From: Eledone cirrhosa
Taxonomy: Eukaryota
Reading direction: 5' to 3'
Assembly (NCBI GenBank): GCA_964016885.1
Contig: OZ024746.1
Span: forward strand, 24,738,001 to 24,802,000
DNA length: 64,000 nt
Every line of letters starts with the position of its first letter. The first letter of the stretch is position 1. The notes under the pieces are model-generated. The model worked only from the letters and a program-made list of their open reading frames with translations. It did not search any database and was not told the origin of the DNA. Below are positions 44,168 through 58,787 of the stretch, one piece after another. The translations under genes were made by a program, and so were the position numbers.

Positions 44168-44500
44168 GGACAAAATATGGCATATGTTTAGTGGCCCCAT
44201 CCTGATTTTGTTTTCTCATAACTTTTTGAATATTCATTTTCCTCATAATTCCCTCCAATTTTATGTTGATAATGAATAATATCGATCAGAATACTGTTAT
44301 AGATTTTATATTGGAGTGTAATATTTCTTCAACAAGGATTTGCGGAAAACAAAATTTAAAAAAAAAATTTCTTTTAAATTTCCTCAACCCACTCATAATT
44401 TACACATTGGAAAATCTCTGTAAAATTCTGGTAATAGAAGTATATTATTAAGAACGTTATGAGGAAACCAAATCGGGGCACTCGATCGAAATTATGTCCA
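44168..44500. mobile_element. MITE-like element with ~55-bp imperfect TIRs
   Basis: ggacaaaat..cccc..gattttgttttctcataac vs gttatgaggaaaccaaatcgggg..attatgtcc. Confidence 0.5.
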
Positions 44501-44878
44501 AAGTATGTGCGTTCATTTGAAATCAAAAACAACAATATTGTTGAAATAATCTTATAAGTTTTAACTGGTGCGTATGGAGATTTAAGTAAAATTAAATAGC
44601 AGATAGTAGTTAGTAGCAGTAATAATAGAAGAAATATTCGCAGAAATATAACACATGCAAGAAGTAGAAATATAGAAACAGGTAAAGTTTGAAAATGATG
44701 TTGTATAGAAAATATCTGGTGTGTGAAGATGAGTTAAATTAAATAGTAGATAGGAAAGTAGATTATAGTAGTTACTAGTAGTATTAATAGTAGAAATATA
44801 CATAACATAAACAGAAGCGGTAGAAAAAAGTAAGAAGTAGAAATATAGAAATACGCTGAAAACAGCCATGAAACTGAC

Positions 44879-45044
44879 CAACATCAAGGACGTGTACATC
44901 CATAGGCCGGGTCGTCTCATAGTCTTCTCCGGAACAATAACCACCAAAAGAAAAGATTCTCTCCCAGAAACTGTTACATATTGCTACTGCAGCATGGTTG
45001 ACCCGTTTGGGACCCCCTTCAAGATGTATTGTCCACCTCTGCAT
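44879..45044 (-). CDS. KLHDC3: KLHDC3 coding exon 1 (start)
   Basis: MQRWTIHLEGGPKRVNHAAVAI..FSFGGYCSGEDYE, compared with human MLRWTVHLEGGPRRVNHAAVAV..YSFGGYCSGEDYE. The ten exons sum to 1164 nt (387 aa + stop). Confidence 0.95.
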
Positions 45045-45234
45045 GCTGGTTGCAATATCGTTTAGACCAAGGAACGTATGGAGAAAACCGCTTTAGGTAG
45101 CGAGGGTGCTGGAAAAAATAAAATGATAAAAATGTGTATATATGTTAAAAATGTGTAAAAATGTGTATATATGTTGCGCGCTTGACCGACTCCGTTAATA
45201 GACATCATATATATACATAATTATATATTATTGT

Positions 45235-45277
<43 letters not shown>

Positions 45278-45855
45278 CACACTCATCCCTCATACACACA
45301 CACATATATATATATATACACACACACACACACGCATACACAAATGCCAACGACAGTAGAGTCAACGGAAAAGGTGAAAACGAAAAGGGAGATAACTCTA
45401 AAGAACACAGCTAAAGATATATTTAAAGTTTAATTTAACATTTTTTAGTCCTCTTCGTGTATTTATTTTAAAATCTGTTTGTAGCTGTTTCATACATGAA
45501 CGATATAATTTAAGGAAACAAGATTAGAAATTTAAATATAATTCATCGCTTTTATATCTTTTATAATACGAGACGTGGAAATATACAAGTGTGCCTAAAT
45601 ACATGATAAGAAAAAAGTGTAATATTTATTAATATTTAAAAACGAAAAAGGAAGGGAAAGGCAAGGGCTAAAGTATATGATCCTGCTAAGTACCGCTTAT
45701 TGTTCTCACATTATATATATATATATTTATTAAAATAACAGATTAAACTTTAATCTGTTATTTTAATAAATATTTGCTCTACGGTTCTTATATATTTGAT
45801 ATATATTTTCCTTATCGAGCCCTCTTTGGATTTTAGTCTTCAATTTTATTATTAT

Positions 45856-45891
<36 letters not shown>

Positions 45892-45926
45892 ACGTACATA
45901 CATATATGTATACAGACGTACAGTAG

Positions 45927-45996
<70 letters not shown>

Positions 45997-46317
45997 CTAC
46001 TGTACGTCTGTATACATATATGTATGTACGTATACATACTTATATTTAAGTAACAGCCGTACTAAGAGTGGGAAATAAAAATTTCGTTTTATTTTTTCCG
46101 TTTATATATATATATATATATAATTTTAAAATATATATATATATAGGGACGAGTAGGACCCCAAATATATATATATATATATAATTTTAAAATATATATA
46201 TATATATATATATATAATTTTAATATATATATATAATTTTAAAATATATATATATATATAATTTTAAAATATATATATATATAGAGAGAGAATTTTAAAA
46301 TATATATATATATATAA

Positions 46318-46405
<88 letters not shown>

Positions 46406-46984
46406 ATTTTAAAATACCAGGAATTATCGGCAAACTATATTTTTCAGCCAGTGGCGTTTGATACGTCTGGGAGATCTGGGCCGCTGACAACGACGTTCTT
46501 GTCTCGTTGTTGGCAGATGACCATACCACGGCATCAGAGGATGTCAGCGAGAGTACTTGGTTATTCCAGCATCTTAACCACGCTATCACACACGGAAATG
46601 TTGCCAGTATGATGATTTACCTAAACTATTATTAGAGGGAAACTCCAGTTCCCCTTGATGTGTATGATTAAGTGTGAGGGCCTTCTCTCACTTTTTTTAT
46701 TTTTATTCCTCTTTATAAATTGTGCTATTGTCATCATCAACCATTTATTAAAAGGTATATACAGGTAATCCGTTTTAAAATCCGGTAATTTCCGTGAGTA
46801 TATATTTTGGGAACATAATCGTAATCTACACCTTCGAAAACGTACCTCTGAAAAATATGCATTATTAAAAGTTAGTAGGAAACAAAATCGGAGGTGGGGG
46901 CTGTATGTATGTGCGCATAACGGCAATTTATTGAATTAATTAAACTGGGAAAAAATAGCACTCTATCTTCGTAATCACAGACAG

Positions 46985-47034
<50 letters not shown>

Positions 47035-48344
47035 ATGATATATATATATTTATATAGGGGCACAGATTGAAAAGATTTTCGTCCTAACCAACGAAACGTG
47101 CGTTCCTCGTATGGCTCCGTTGTAGTACTGGTAATTATAAAATATATATAGATTATTAGATAATAGCATCGCCTCCGTTACAGATGGAAACGTAAATTTG
47201 GAAGATTATCTTCAGTAAATCATATATTTAGCACGAAGCTAAATCCTTTATAAAGCTCCTCTTTGTCCAAATACCAATGAACTTTTGCCCTTGCGTAAGA
47301 CGATATATCAGAATCTTCTGGTAAAGCTGTCCCCACAATTAATTAACTCTACACCATCTGTCAGCAGTAATCACCTGAATATTTTATTTTAAAAAATCTT
47401 CCTAGCACATCGTTCCGAACGCGGCGTCAGTTTTACATGATGCTCTCTTTCTCCCTCTCTCTTTCGTTTTCTTTCTCTCATTGCCATTCTTTCTCTCTCT
47501 TTCGTTCTCCCTCTCTCTCTCTCTAATACTCGTTAGTAAATACTTCACCCAGAATCTATCCCCCCCCCCCCTAAATTAAGACACCACATCAGTTCAGTTA
47601 CAACATTGAGCTGCTTTTCACAGCAGAGGGCTTATTATTATCATTATTCAATATTATTTTATTAATTTGGGCTACTTGATACTTGACAATTTTGATTTTT
47701 TAAAGGTAATAATCCTATTGAATATCATATGAAATTAAATTATCAACTATGTAAATTAGGACTGACATGCAAGCAATCACACACACACACACACACAATA
47801 CCATGTATCAATATTGATAGTCTGCAGTACAGAGACCAGAAAATACACCCTTTCAACCCATGCCAGCATGAAAAATGGATGTGTGATGATGATATTAGGC
47901 CTGACATTTGTAACAACTTTGAGAGTTTTAGTTAGGTGTTGTTTATGTATAAAGAGAGAACAGAATATGTATAGTTATTGTGTTCTTGTGCTTTTGACAG
48001 AAACAAGACTAACATGTATCTCTTGTAATTTATGCTGTTAAGCCTTCCCTTACTATATTTTTAATGAATGACACTGAAAAATAACAAAGGTTCTTACATA
48101 AAATTATGATGTAAGGTTTTTAGATAAATATAAATATTTTAAAATAAACAGATATGTATCATAGGATCAGGGATAGTTTGGTATCAAAGGAGTTAAGGTA
48201 TCTGTTCAAAGATCCAATGTAGTTATTATGGCAAGAGGTGTTTAACTTGTGCGTGGTTGATATCTATTTGTAGAGAGTTTCAGGAAGGAAAGGGGTACAA
48301 CCTTTTTGATACCAAGTGTCATTTTAGACACAGCTGTACATGTT

Positions 48345-48560
48345 TGGCAAGTGACTTGATCTGAGACTGTTGAAAATAAATCAACTACATTGTGGAAGAG
48401 TCATTTTAGTCACAGCAAGTGACTTGATCTGAGATTGTGTGTTAAAAATATATCAATTACATCATGGAAGAGTCGTTTTAGCCACATTTGTACATTTCTG
48501 ATAAGTGACTTGATCTGAGACTGTGTTAAAAATAAAGCAAATTATATTGTGGAAGACTCA
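48345..48560. repeat. ~70-85-bp tandem repeat (3 units)
   Basis: aagtgacttgatctgaga..aaaa..caa..acat..tggaagagtc repeated. Confidence 0.7.
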
Positions 48561-49959
48561 TCTGAACCATTCAAAAACACATAAAAACTTAAATTTATTG
48601 CACTGTTTACAACCTAGTCACTCACACAGTTCCAATTTATCTCTTAGTACAACATACACACATGTATATATGGTAATTTCTTTAAATTATTACATATTGT
48701 TCAAAATTCTTTCAACTTTGGAAAACAACTATTCTATCTACTCTGTGTAAAACTCATCAAAACTTCTAACTCTTCTAATGTGTACAACTTCTCAACTAAA
48801 TTTATTCGCACATTAAAATTACAATACAGGTAAAACACTGATTTTCTAGCACCATTTGGTTCCAGACCTGTGCCAAATTATCTGTTTTGTCAGAATATAT
48901 AATAATTTAGTAGAAACATATTAAAAAGTTAGAAACATTTTCCCTACTCTTCAACTCTAATAATGGTTTCTGATTTAGGCACCAACCCAACAATTTGGGG
49001 GGAGGAGAAGTCGATTATATCGACCCCAGTGCATTACTGGTGCTTTATTTTATCGACCCTGTAAGGTTGAGAAGTAAAGCTAACCTCGGCAGGTTTTGAA
49101 ATCAGAATGTAAAGGGCCATAACTTATGCTGCAAAGCATGTTGACCGACAGTACTGCCAATCCTAATAATATGAAGGCATAAATATATTAAATTACATGC
49201 AATAGTCACCTAACATGGATTAACATGGATCACAGGGCAATTCAAATGTCCATCCATAATTATATCCAGATAAAAAGAGGTGCTGGACCATCAGTGGTTG
49301 GAAAATTAATATTGTGATGTTGAAGCTGTATTAGCTATTTGCAGAATCTTCTATCATGAAAGAAACAATACATGATATGAATTAAATTTGTTTTCATATT
49401 ATTTTCATGCCACATTTATTAAAAATATCAAATTTATTATATTTCAAACGTATTTCATACAACATACTTTGATTCTTAAAGTGTGTATCCAGTTTAGAAA
49501 AGGTAAACTGTATTCCTGTACATTGGTGACTAAAACGATTAGCCCCAGGAAGGGCATCTAGCTGTAAAATATCGTTTTAAAAAAGGACACCATGTTTCAT
49601 GGAACCCACAAATCTAACCCTTCCTTTAGTAAGGGAAAATGGTCTTAGCACATTTGCTGCTGTTGCTGGTGCTATATACTTTAGTTCTGAAACAGCCAGC
49701 TGTTCCTTGAGATACATCAATAGAGACAAAACATAAGCCACTAAGTAAACACAGTAAATTGATCAACAAACCAATATAGCAGCCGATACTTTTGTCTAAT
49801 AAATCATCAATATCATCATTATATTATGTCTGTTTTCAATGCTGGCATGAGTTGGACAAACCGCCATAGTCTAAGAGAAGGCATGGTTGGATAACTATGT
49901 CTTGCTCATGCCTTCCATATTTTGGCATGGTTTCAAGGCTGGATACCCTTCCTAATAAC

Positions 49960-50270
49960 CACATTACAGGATGTACAAGGTGTATTTTATCATGGCACCA
50001 GAACTACCTCTTTATAGAGTGTACTGAGTGCACTTCATCATGACACCAACACTACCACTTTACAGAGTGTAATGGGTACATTTTATTGACACCAGCACTA
50101 CCACTTTACAGAGTATACTGGGTGTATTTTACCATAACACCAGCACTACCACTTTACAGAGTGTAGTGTCCATTTTGCATTTTACTGTGACACCAGCACC
50201 ACATTACAGAGTGCACTGTGTGCATTTTATCATGTCACCAGCGTTGTGTACTGTATACATTTTATGCCAC
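49960..50270. repeat. ~45-bp tandem repeat (~6 units)
   Basis: agagtgtactgggtgcattttatcatg.caccagcactaccactttac; also at 57590-57720. Confidence 0.75.
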
Positions 50271-53200
50271 CAACTCTAAATAAGTTGGTATATGCTCAAC
50301 CAGACTGAAGAGTTCTCTTAACCCTCTATTGTCTCCATATTATTAATTGGTATAACTATGTGTTCATGGATATATATATCGAGTTTGGGAAGATGGGATC
50401 CACATTTGATTTCCATAATTAAGAGGGTGAGTACAGTTTTATTTGACAGGAGTCATGAGTACAGGCTGGTGGTCAGTTTAGGATATTTGCCGAGTGTTTG
50501 TGGACTGATTGGGGCAATAACTGTCTTATTTGCATACATGAATAAATAAAGTGAAAAAGCAGAACTGAATAACAATGTTTGACAAAATCCAACATGTTGG
50601 GATTAGAATCGTTGGAGCATCAGATTTTGTTGGAGCATCATGCCTTGTTATATTTGTTCTGACTATCTGCACTCTGAGTTCAAATCTTGCCATGGTCAAC
50701 TTTGCTTCTCATCCTTTTTTTAGGGGGTGGTGATAAAAAACGTATCTGTCCAAGACAGTACATTGGCAGAATTGTTAGAGCATTGGACAAGATGCCTTGT
50801 GGTATCTGTTCCAGTTTTGTGTGTTCTGAGTTCAAATCCAGTCTTCAGCCATTGGGAAAATAGTGACATGAAGTCCCTATCATTAAAACAATCAAGAAAC
50901 TTCCTATGAGGTGCAATTTCATCGCTGGCTGGCTAAAGCTAAGCCTACCATACACAGGTGTGAACTGTAACAACAACAACATGCTAGATTTAATATGTTT
51001 GTAAATTGATAGCCAATTATAAGCTAATTGATTAATGAGACATTTGATAATTCACAGTAATGTTTTAACAATTAGTCAATGTTTAGTTTCCCAGGATCAA
51101 TAAATTTACACAGAAAATGTGGTACAAAAACAAAACTACATTTTTTTTTATATCATATCAAATTTGAAGATCGACAACATTATCATTACTTTAGGTCCAC
51201 TCTCCATGCTGGCATGGGTTTGAAAGGTGATCGTGATCCAAGTTCTTATGTTACTACCCTCCCAAATGGGTAAGAAGACCAGGTCATACATGTACGTTCC
51301 ATAAAACACAATTTTATAGTAAAAGGAATCATCCTTCTCATTCTCTTCATCATCATTTTTCCATGCTTACATTGGTTAGACAAGTCATCTCCAGCAAAAT
51401 ATACCTCCCCCTTGTCTCTTTCCTTTGTCATCTCCCTTGTGAGATTCAGCACCTCTAAATTAACTTTCATTATTTCTGCCTAAGTCTTCCTCAACCTACA
51501 TTTACTACAGCATCACACTTTCTCTGTCTTGTGTCCTCCTTTTTATGAGGTTCAACATTCTGGGGTCAGTTTTAACCACCTCTCCCCAAATTTTCCTCAG
51601 CCTTCTCTCTCACATCATCTTTCCACTGAAAACTCTTGATATTTCTAATCCCCATCATATACATCTCATGTCCATACCAACAGACCCTTCCCTCCTGCAT
51701 AACACATCTGATTCTTCCTATACCCAGTTTTTCTCTCATCTCATCTGTACTTCATTGTTTAAGCAGACTAACATTAGATATCCAACAGAGCATGCTCAAT
51801 CAATTTCTTTCTAGCTTTTGCACATAATAATGATAGGTATTTTATCAAATACATTTGAGATTAATAAGTGAAATTGAGGCATTTAACACAGCATATTAAC
51901 AATTATACTAAATACTATATTAAAATTAACAGAAACATACAATGTAATAAATATTTAATACTATAGTAAAATGTATGGAAACATATGATGTAAATAATGT
52001 TAAACACTGTACTAAAATGTATGGAAACCTGTAATAAATGATAAATATTATACTGAAATGTATGGAAACATATGCTGCAATAATTTTAAATACTAGTAAA
52101 ATGTATTTAAAGATATATAATAAATTATAAATGCTATAGTAAAATGTATTTAAAGATTTTAGTTTCTGAGGGAATTGAGGAGGTGCCTCATTGACATACA
52201 GCATTTCTAGGACATTTTTTTAAACCTGGTGAAGCCCATCTCCTCTCTAGGTCTGAATACAGCAGACTGCTTCCAGAGAAAAATGGAGAATGGGAGAACA
52301 GAAGTGAGAAAGAGATACAGAGGAAGAATCGACCCCAGTAATAGACAGGTACTTTTTTTTATCGACCTTGCATTGATGAAAGATAAAGTTGACCTCCCAT
52401 GTAAAATTAGCTGATTAAAAAAAAAGAAAGATATGTAATAAATGATAAATGCTATAGTAAATGCTACAATGTAATAAAAATCAAAAGTTAGGTCAAAGTA
52501 ATTTTTTCTATGCTAATTATATGATATGGAAGTTGAGAAAATGTGGAAACATATTCAACTATAATTTTTTTTTTTAGAAAAATATATTCCATCTTAAAAA
52601 GCAACATGAAATATAGAGACATTTAAAATGTTACTAGGTAAGTAGGAGCAGATTTTGACAAAGCTACCATAAGAATGTGCACACAAAGAAACTGTTAAAC
52701 ATACTAATATCAAGAAACATTAATATTAAAACCAGAAAAAAAGATTACTAAAGTGTTATGTAAGTATATAGTCGAGGTGCATGACCTAGTGGTAAGGGTG
52801 TTAGATTTGTAATTATAATGTTGTGAGTTTGATTCCTGGACTAGGTTGTGAGATGTGTTCTTGAGCAAAACACTTCATTTCACATTGCTCCAGTATACTC
52901 AGCTGAAACTAAGAACCAGCAGTAGCTGGAGGTTTAACTCTGCGATGGACTAGCATCCTGTCCGGGGGAAGTCTTGTACTCTCTGTTGCTTCACACCACA
53001 GAAATCAGGATAAGCACCGGGTTGATGAGCCTCCAGGCTTGAAACAGACTTTAGACATTTTTTAGACTATGTATAATATGGTCAAAAAGATTATTAAAGT
53101 GTTGTGAATTGGTCCACTCTAACATAGAGCTGAAACTAGGATATTAACTAAAGTATTGTCAGATAGATGAGAAATCTTTGAGATGTGGGTATATAGAAGA

Positions 53201-54112
53201 CTTTTGAGAATATCGTGAACAGAATATGAACATAGACATTATCTTTTAACATCCTGTAATGATTACATAGAAAATATCTTAAAATAGGTTCATTAATTCT
53301 TTACTAATGGACAGATTGTTGTGAAAATTTGCAATATTAGAATAAAGACTTTAATTTTTAATTTGCTATAGTCATATATTTTTCAAGGACGTTTTCATAA
53401 TTTGGTTTCATGTGGTTTGTTAATTGAAATGTTTATAGCAGCTTTACTAATAGATAGATCACTCTGAAAATTTACAGTTTTATCGTAAAAACTTTAATTT
53501 TTATCATACTGCAATAATAGTGCTGTTTTGTACTTTTCAAGAATATTTTATTAATGTGATTTAGGTGATACAGGATGTTTAAAATTTAATAAAATTATTA
53601 TCAAATAGATCAGAAGTCTTTAAGATGTGGTCATCTAGAAGACTGCTGAGAATATGATGGACAGAACATAAACATGGACATAACCCTTTTGATACCAACC
53701 CACCCAAAACCCCACCTGGTCTTACGAAAGAAAACCATCCATTTTCAAGAATTCCTAAATAAATCAAAATCTTCTAATATAATTTTATATAAGAAACTTT
53801 TGATAAATTATGTTACAAATGCTATCTTAATAATGAAATAATTAATGATTTTCGTAAATCCCATCAAATTCTTCACAACAAAAAGCATCCAGTTCACTCT
53901 GTAAGGTGGTAGTATGGGCGCCTCAACAAAAAGCACCCATTCCACAAGGTGGTCATATTGGTGCCACAACAAAAAGCACACAGTCCACTCTATAAAGAGG
54001 TTAGCATTAGAAAGGGCATCCAGCTATAGAAAACCAAGCCAAAAGTGGAGTGCATACGCAAAACATGGCTATCTGACATGTCTAGCCTCATAATATGACA
54101 GTCCGTCTAACC

Positions 54113-54373
54113 CAGGGGTCTCAAACTCAAGAACCCAAAAGGGCCATTATGTCCTAGGGAAGAGGCACTGTGAGCCAAAAGTGAGTTGAGGTGGGGAAGG
54201 CATGATTTCCACCAGTTATAATGCTAATCTGCAATACAGTTGATAGGTTATTATATATATATCATCAAAATGAATATACATATGATAGTAAGTGGGATAT
54301 GTGAATTAGTACAAAAATTGTTCTGCCGCAGGCTATAGAAGGTAGATTGCAGGCTGCATGTTTGAGACCCCTG
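54113..54373. mobile_element. hAT (Charlie-like) MITE
   Basis: TIRs CAGGGGTCTCAAAC / GTTTGAGACCCCTG with an 8-bp TSD GTCTAACC (54105-54112, 54374-54381). Confidence 0.92.
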
Positions 54374-54554
54374 GTCTAACCCATATAAGCATGGATAATA
54401 GACATTAAATAGTGATGATGATCATGATACACACACACAATGTTCTTTGAGACAAAATTAAAGAAAAAAAGATTTACCTCATCTGCCTTTCCAGTGAGTT
54501 TCTATTAAAACTGGTCCTGAAAGAGAAAAACAGAGTAATAACAGGTTTAGTACA

Positions 54555-55113
54555 TCAATTACAGTGTGGATTAATTAATATTACACTAATTATAGTATTG
54601 ACTTATTAATAGTACATTAATAAGTCAATACTATAGTGTTGACTAATTAATTTTACACTAATTATAGTGTTGATTAATATATTATACCAATTAGAATTGT
54701 CTAATTAATATATTACACTAATTACAGTGTTGACTAATTAATACACCAGTTACAGTGTTGACTAATTAGTATACCAATTACAGTATTAACTTATTAGTAC
54801 ACTAATTATAATTGTTTCTACTTTTGGCACAAGGCCAGCAATTACCCAGTACATGACCGGTACTTTTATTTTATCGACCCCCATAAGGATGAAAGGCAAA
54901 GTTAACCGGGATTTGAACTAATTATAATGTTAACTAATTAGTACACCAATTACAATTTTGACTAATTAGTATACCAATTACAATGTTGACTAATTCGTAC
55001 ACCAATTACAATGTTGACTAATTAGTACACCAATTACAGTGTTGACTAATTAATACACCAATTACAGTGTTGACTAATTAATACACCAATTACAGTGTTG
55101 ACTAATTAATACA
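54555..55113. repeat. ~28-bp AT-rich minisatellite interrupted by a SINE fragment
   Basis: caattacagtgttgactaattaatacac units; SINE piece at ~54810-54918. Confidence 0.85.
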
Positions 55114-56320
55114 CAAGCCTTGGGTACCTTTAATGGAGTCTACTCTGTTGCAAGCATTCAGGTATCTCGATACATTCCTACGCCACCTACTAATCATGGA
55201 AGCCCTAAAAAGGGTCATGGACAATGCCCTTCCCTTTCTGGCTAAGCAGTACAAAATGAATTTGTTTCTTAAGTGACAAATACATTGTTTTAAAAGAGTT
55301 GTGTCATTTAATCAGAATCTATTTATTTTACTAGGATTTATATCACATATATTTCTTTTGATGATTTGTATTCAGTGAATTAAGTCCTAGAATAACATTT
55401 AAATATTGCAGATCAAACGTTTTGTAAGAAGCAGTATTAGGCAGACTCATAAAATGTGCAAACAAAACTGTTCTAAATAGATTTAATGTCCTTAGACTCA
55501 TTAAACTTACATGGTGTGCGTATGTATGTGTGTTTGTATGTTTGTACGTACGTGCGTGCGTGTGTGTGTGTTGGACATTCATTGGATCCAACAATGAGTG
55601 TGCCAATTGTTTGAACAATAGAACAGCCTACTCATGGAATTAACAAGCAGGTGTCTAAGAGCTACTGACCTCCCAGATGGGCCAGAGACCATCTTGTTTA
55701 CATACGTTTCTACACTCAACCAAGTGCATTTTCTCATAGCACCAGCACTAGGGAGGTTGATATGGCTTTGACACAGCAGAATAATCCTTCCATCCCTTTA
55801 TTTGGATGGTTTTCTATGGCCGGGTGGCTTTCCTATCACTAACCAATTTACAAAATATACTGAGTGCATTTATCATGTTCCTTTTATGTAGTTTTCAGAA
55901 AAATTCAGTATGACAGACAAGGCTCACCATTTGACAGGCTTCTACAGTTTCAGTCACTCACAAGTGTTGGGTTGATCCAAAGCCAAGGGGTAAATGACAC
56001 ACTGGATGACAGACAGAAGGATCAGACCCAAAACCTCATAACTGTGAAGTAAACTTTTTAAGTATTCAACCATGCTATATCAGGGAGATTTAGTGTAATA
56101 CAATGTATTTGATAAAGCTGGCTATTTGAATTACAGGTACAACTCATTCTTTGCCAGCTGAGTGAACTGGAGCAATGGAAATCAAACTCACAGCCTAATG
56201 ATCATAAGTTGAACACCTTAACCTCTAAGTCACACAACTTCACACATTATAGAAGGTAAATATAGTATCTATGCCTACCTGTGGAATAGTAAATAAGGTA
56301 TTATATTTAATGATTACCTA

Positions 56321-57252
56321 TCTATATATATAAAACTGAGGATGTCTGTCTGTGTGTGTGTGTGAGTTTGAATCCCTAAAACTCGAGAACCACCCAACCG
56401 ACTGTTTTCAAACTTTACACATGTAATACGTATGTTTCAGGGGGTGTTCTGAGCAAAAAATATTTCAAATTCCAATGCCCTAGGGACGGTATTAGGCGAT
56501 TTAGCGATCTCGCTCTATAATTCTTAGTCTTTCTCTTTTTAGATAGATACATACATATAACGTCGCGCCCTTATAATATCTGTCTGTATGTCTGGCTGCC
56601 TGCATTACGTCACTTCCCTGAGGATGTGTGTGTGTGTGTGTGTGTCTGAGTTTGAATCCCTAAAACTCGATAAGTACCCAACCGATTTTTTTCAAACTTT
56701 ACATATGTATTACTTATGTTTCAGGGAGTGTTATGCACATAAAAAAATTCAACTTTTTTTTATCTCCTTGGGCTCGCATTAGGTGAAAAACTGCGTTTTT
56801 TAAGATTTTTAGGGGGTTTTTTAGGCGTTACGTCAGATTGATTTCCTTGAAATTGTAACTATGTATTAGTCAGTCAGTCTCTTCTTCATACCGGGAGCAA
56901 AGAAAATCCAACTTTCTTATGGCCTAGGGCCCGCATTAGGTGAAAAACTTCATTTTTTCAGCTTCTTAGGGCTTTTTTGAGGCGTTACGTCTAGTCGATT
57001 TTCCCGAAATTTAAAGGCATATTATGCACATAAAAAAAATTCATTTTCTTGATCCCCTAGGGCCTGCATTAGGTGAAAACCTGCATTTTTCCTGCTTCAT
57101 CGAGGAAAATCTTAAAGATTATCCAGCCATCAGAGTATTCGGTTTATTTTCTTTACATATTGTCCAGGCATGCAGTTTTTCCACAATTAGGTCTGTTGGC
57201 GACCCGCGTTCCAAAATACCTTATCCCGTGCAACGCCGGGTACCACTGTTAG
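56321..57252 (+). mobile_element. Non-autonomous Helitron
   Basis: A|TCTATATATATAAAA 5' end; 3' hairpin CCCGTGCAACGCCGGG then ..gTTAG|T (CTAG variant); internal duplication of the 5' ~120 bp. Confidence 0.82.
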
Positions 57253-57904
57253 TACCAAATAAAGCAGTACACTAAAATAATTTATAATGGTTTGTGCCAG
57301 AATAATAAAATAGTCCTGCAGCCAATCACAGAAATGACGACAAATAGTGGTAATATTATTTCTACTTTTGGCACAAGGCCAGCAATTTGAAGGGAAGGGG
57401 AAAGTCAATTAAATCGACACCAGTGTGTTACTGGTATTTTATTTTATCAACCTTGTAAGGATGAAAGGCAAAATTAACATCACCGAGATTATGATGATTA
57501 TGGTGGTGATGATGATGATATTGATAATGATATCAAACTCATGTTCCAAAATTTTGGCATGGTCTCTTTGGTTGCTTTGGTTACTTTACATAGAATACTG
57601 GGTACATTTTATTATGGCACCAGCACTACCACTTTACAGAGTGCACTGGACGCATTTTATCATAACACCAACACTTCAGAATGTACTGGGAGTATTTTAT
57701 CATGGCCCCAACACTAGAATGGTTGTCATATTCTGAACAAGATTAAAGAGTCCTTCTAAACCTCACAACGACATCAATGTTTATATTTATCATTAAGTTA
57801 TGTTCCAAATACCAACAGCTTAATAATAGTAAAGTTAGTTATATTACTAAATCCATCCAAATTCTTGATTATTTTCAAAATTATATGAAAATCATAGGCA
57901 GTGT

Positions 57905-58787
57905 CTATACCACTAAATGGTGAACATATTTAGGTTATGGACCATAAGTGTTTAGATGATTGTTGCTATACCACTACATGGTGAACATATTTAGGTTATG
58001 GACCATAAGTGTTTAGATGACTGTTGCTATACCACTACATGGTGAACATATTTAGGTTATGGACTATAAGTGTTTAGATGACTGTTGCTATACCACTACA
58101 TGGTGAACATATTTAGGTTATGGACCATAAGTGTTTAGATGACTGTTACTATACCACTACATGGTGAACATATTTAGGTTATGGACTATAAGTGTTTAGA
58201 TGACTGTTGCTATACCACTAAATGGTGAACATATTTAGGTTATGGACCATAAGTGTTTAGATGACTGTTGCTATACCACTACATGGTGAACATATTTAGG
58301 TTATGGACCATAAGTGTTTAGATGACTTACTATACCACTACATGGTGAACATATTTAGGTTATGGACCATAAGTGTTTAGATGACTTGCTATACCACATG
58401 GTGAACATATTTAGGTTATGGACCATAAGTGTTTAGATGACTTGCTATACCACATGGTGAACATATTTAGGTTATGGACCATAAGTGTTTAGATGACTTG
58501 CTATACCACATGGTGAACATATTTAGGTTATGGACCATAAATGTTTAGATAACTGCTGCTACACTATTAAATGATGAACATGTTTAGGTTATGGACCATA
58601 AGTGTTTAGATGACTTGCTATACCACATGGTGAACATATTTAGGTTATGGACCATAAGTGTTTAGATAACTGCTGCTACACTATTAAATGATGAACATGT
58701 TTAGGTTATGGACCATAAGTGTTTAGATAACTGCTGCTACACTATTAAATGATGAACATGTTTAGGTTATGGACCATAAGTGTTTAG
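57905..58787. repeat. 61-bp minisatellite (~15 units, with 58- and 55-bp variants)
   Basis: Unit atggtgaacatatttaggttatggaccataagtgtttagatgactgttgctataccactac. Confidence 0.95.

Noticed and set aside
57905-58787. CRISPR-like array
   Set aside because: Intervening segments are variants of each other rather than unique spacers; eukaryotic context and no cas genes.
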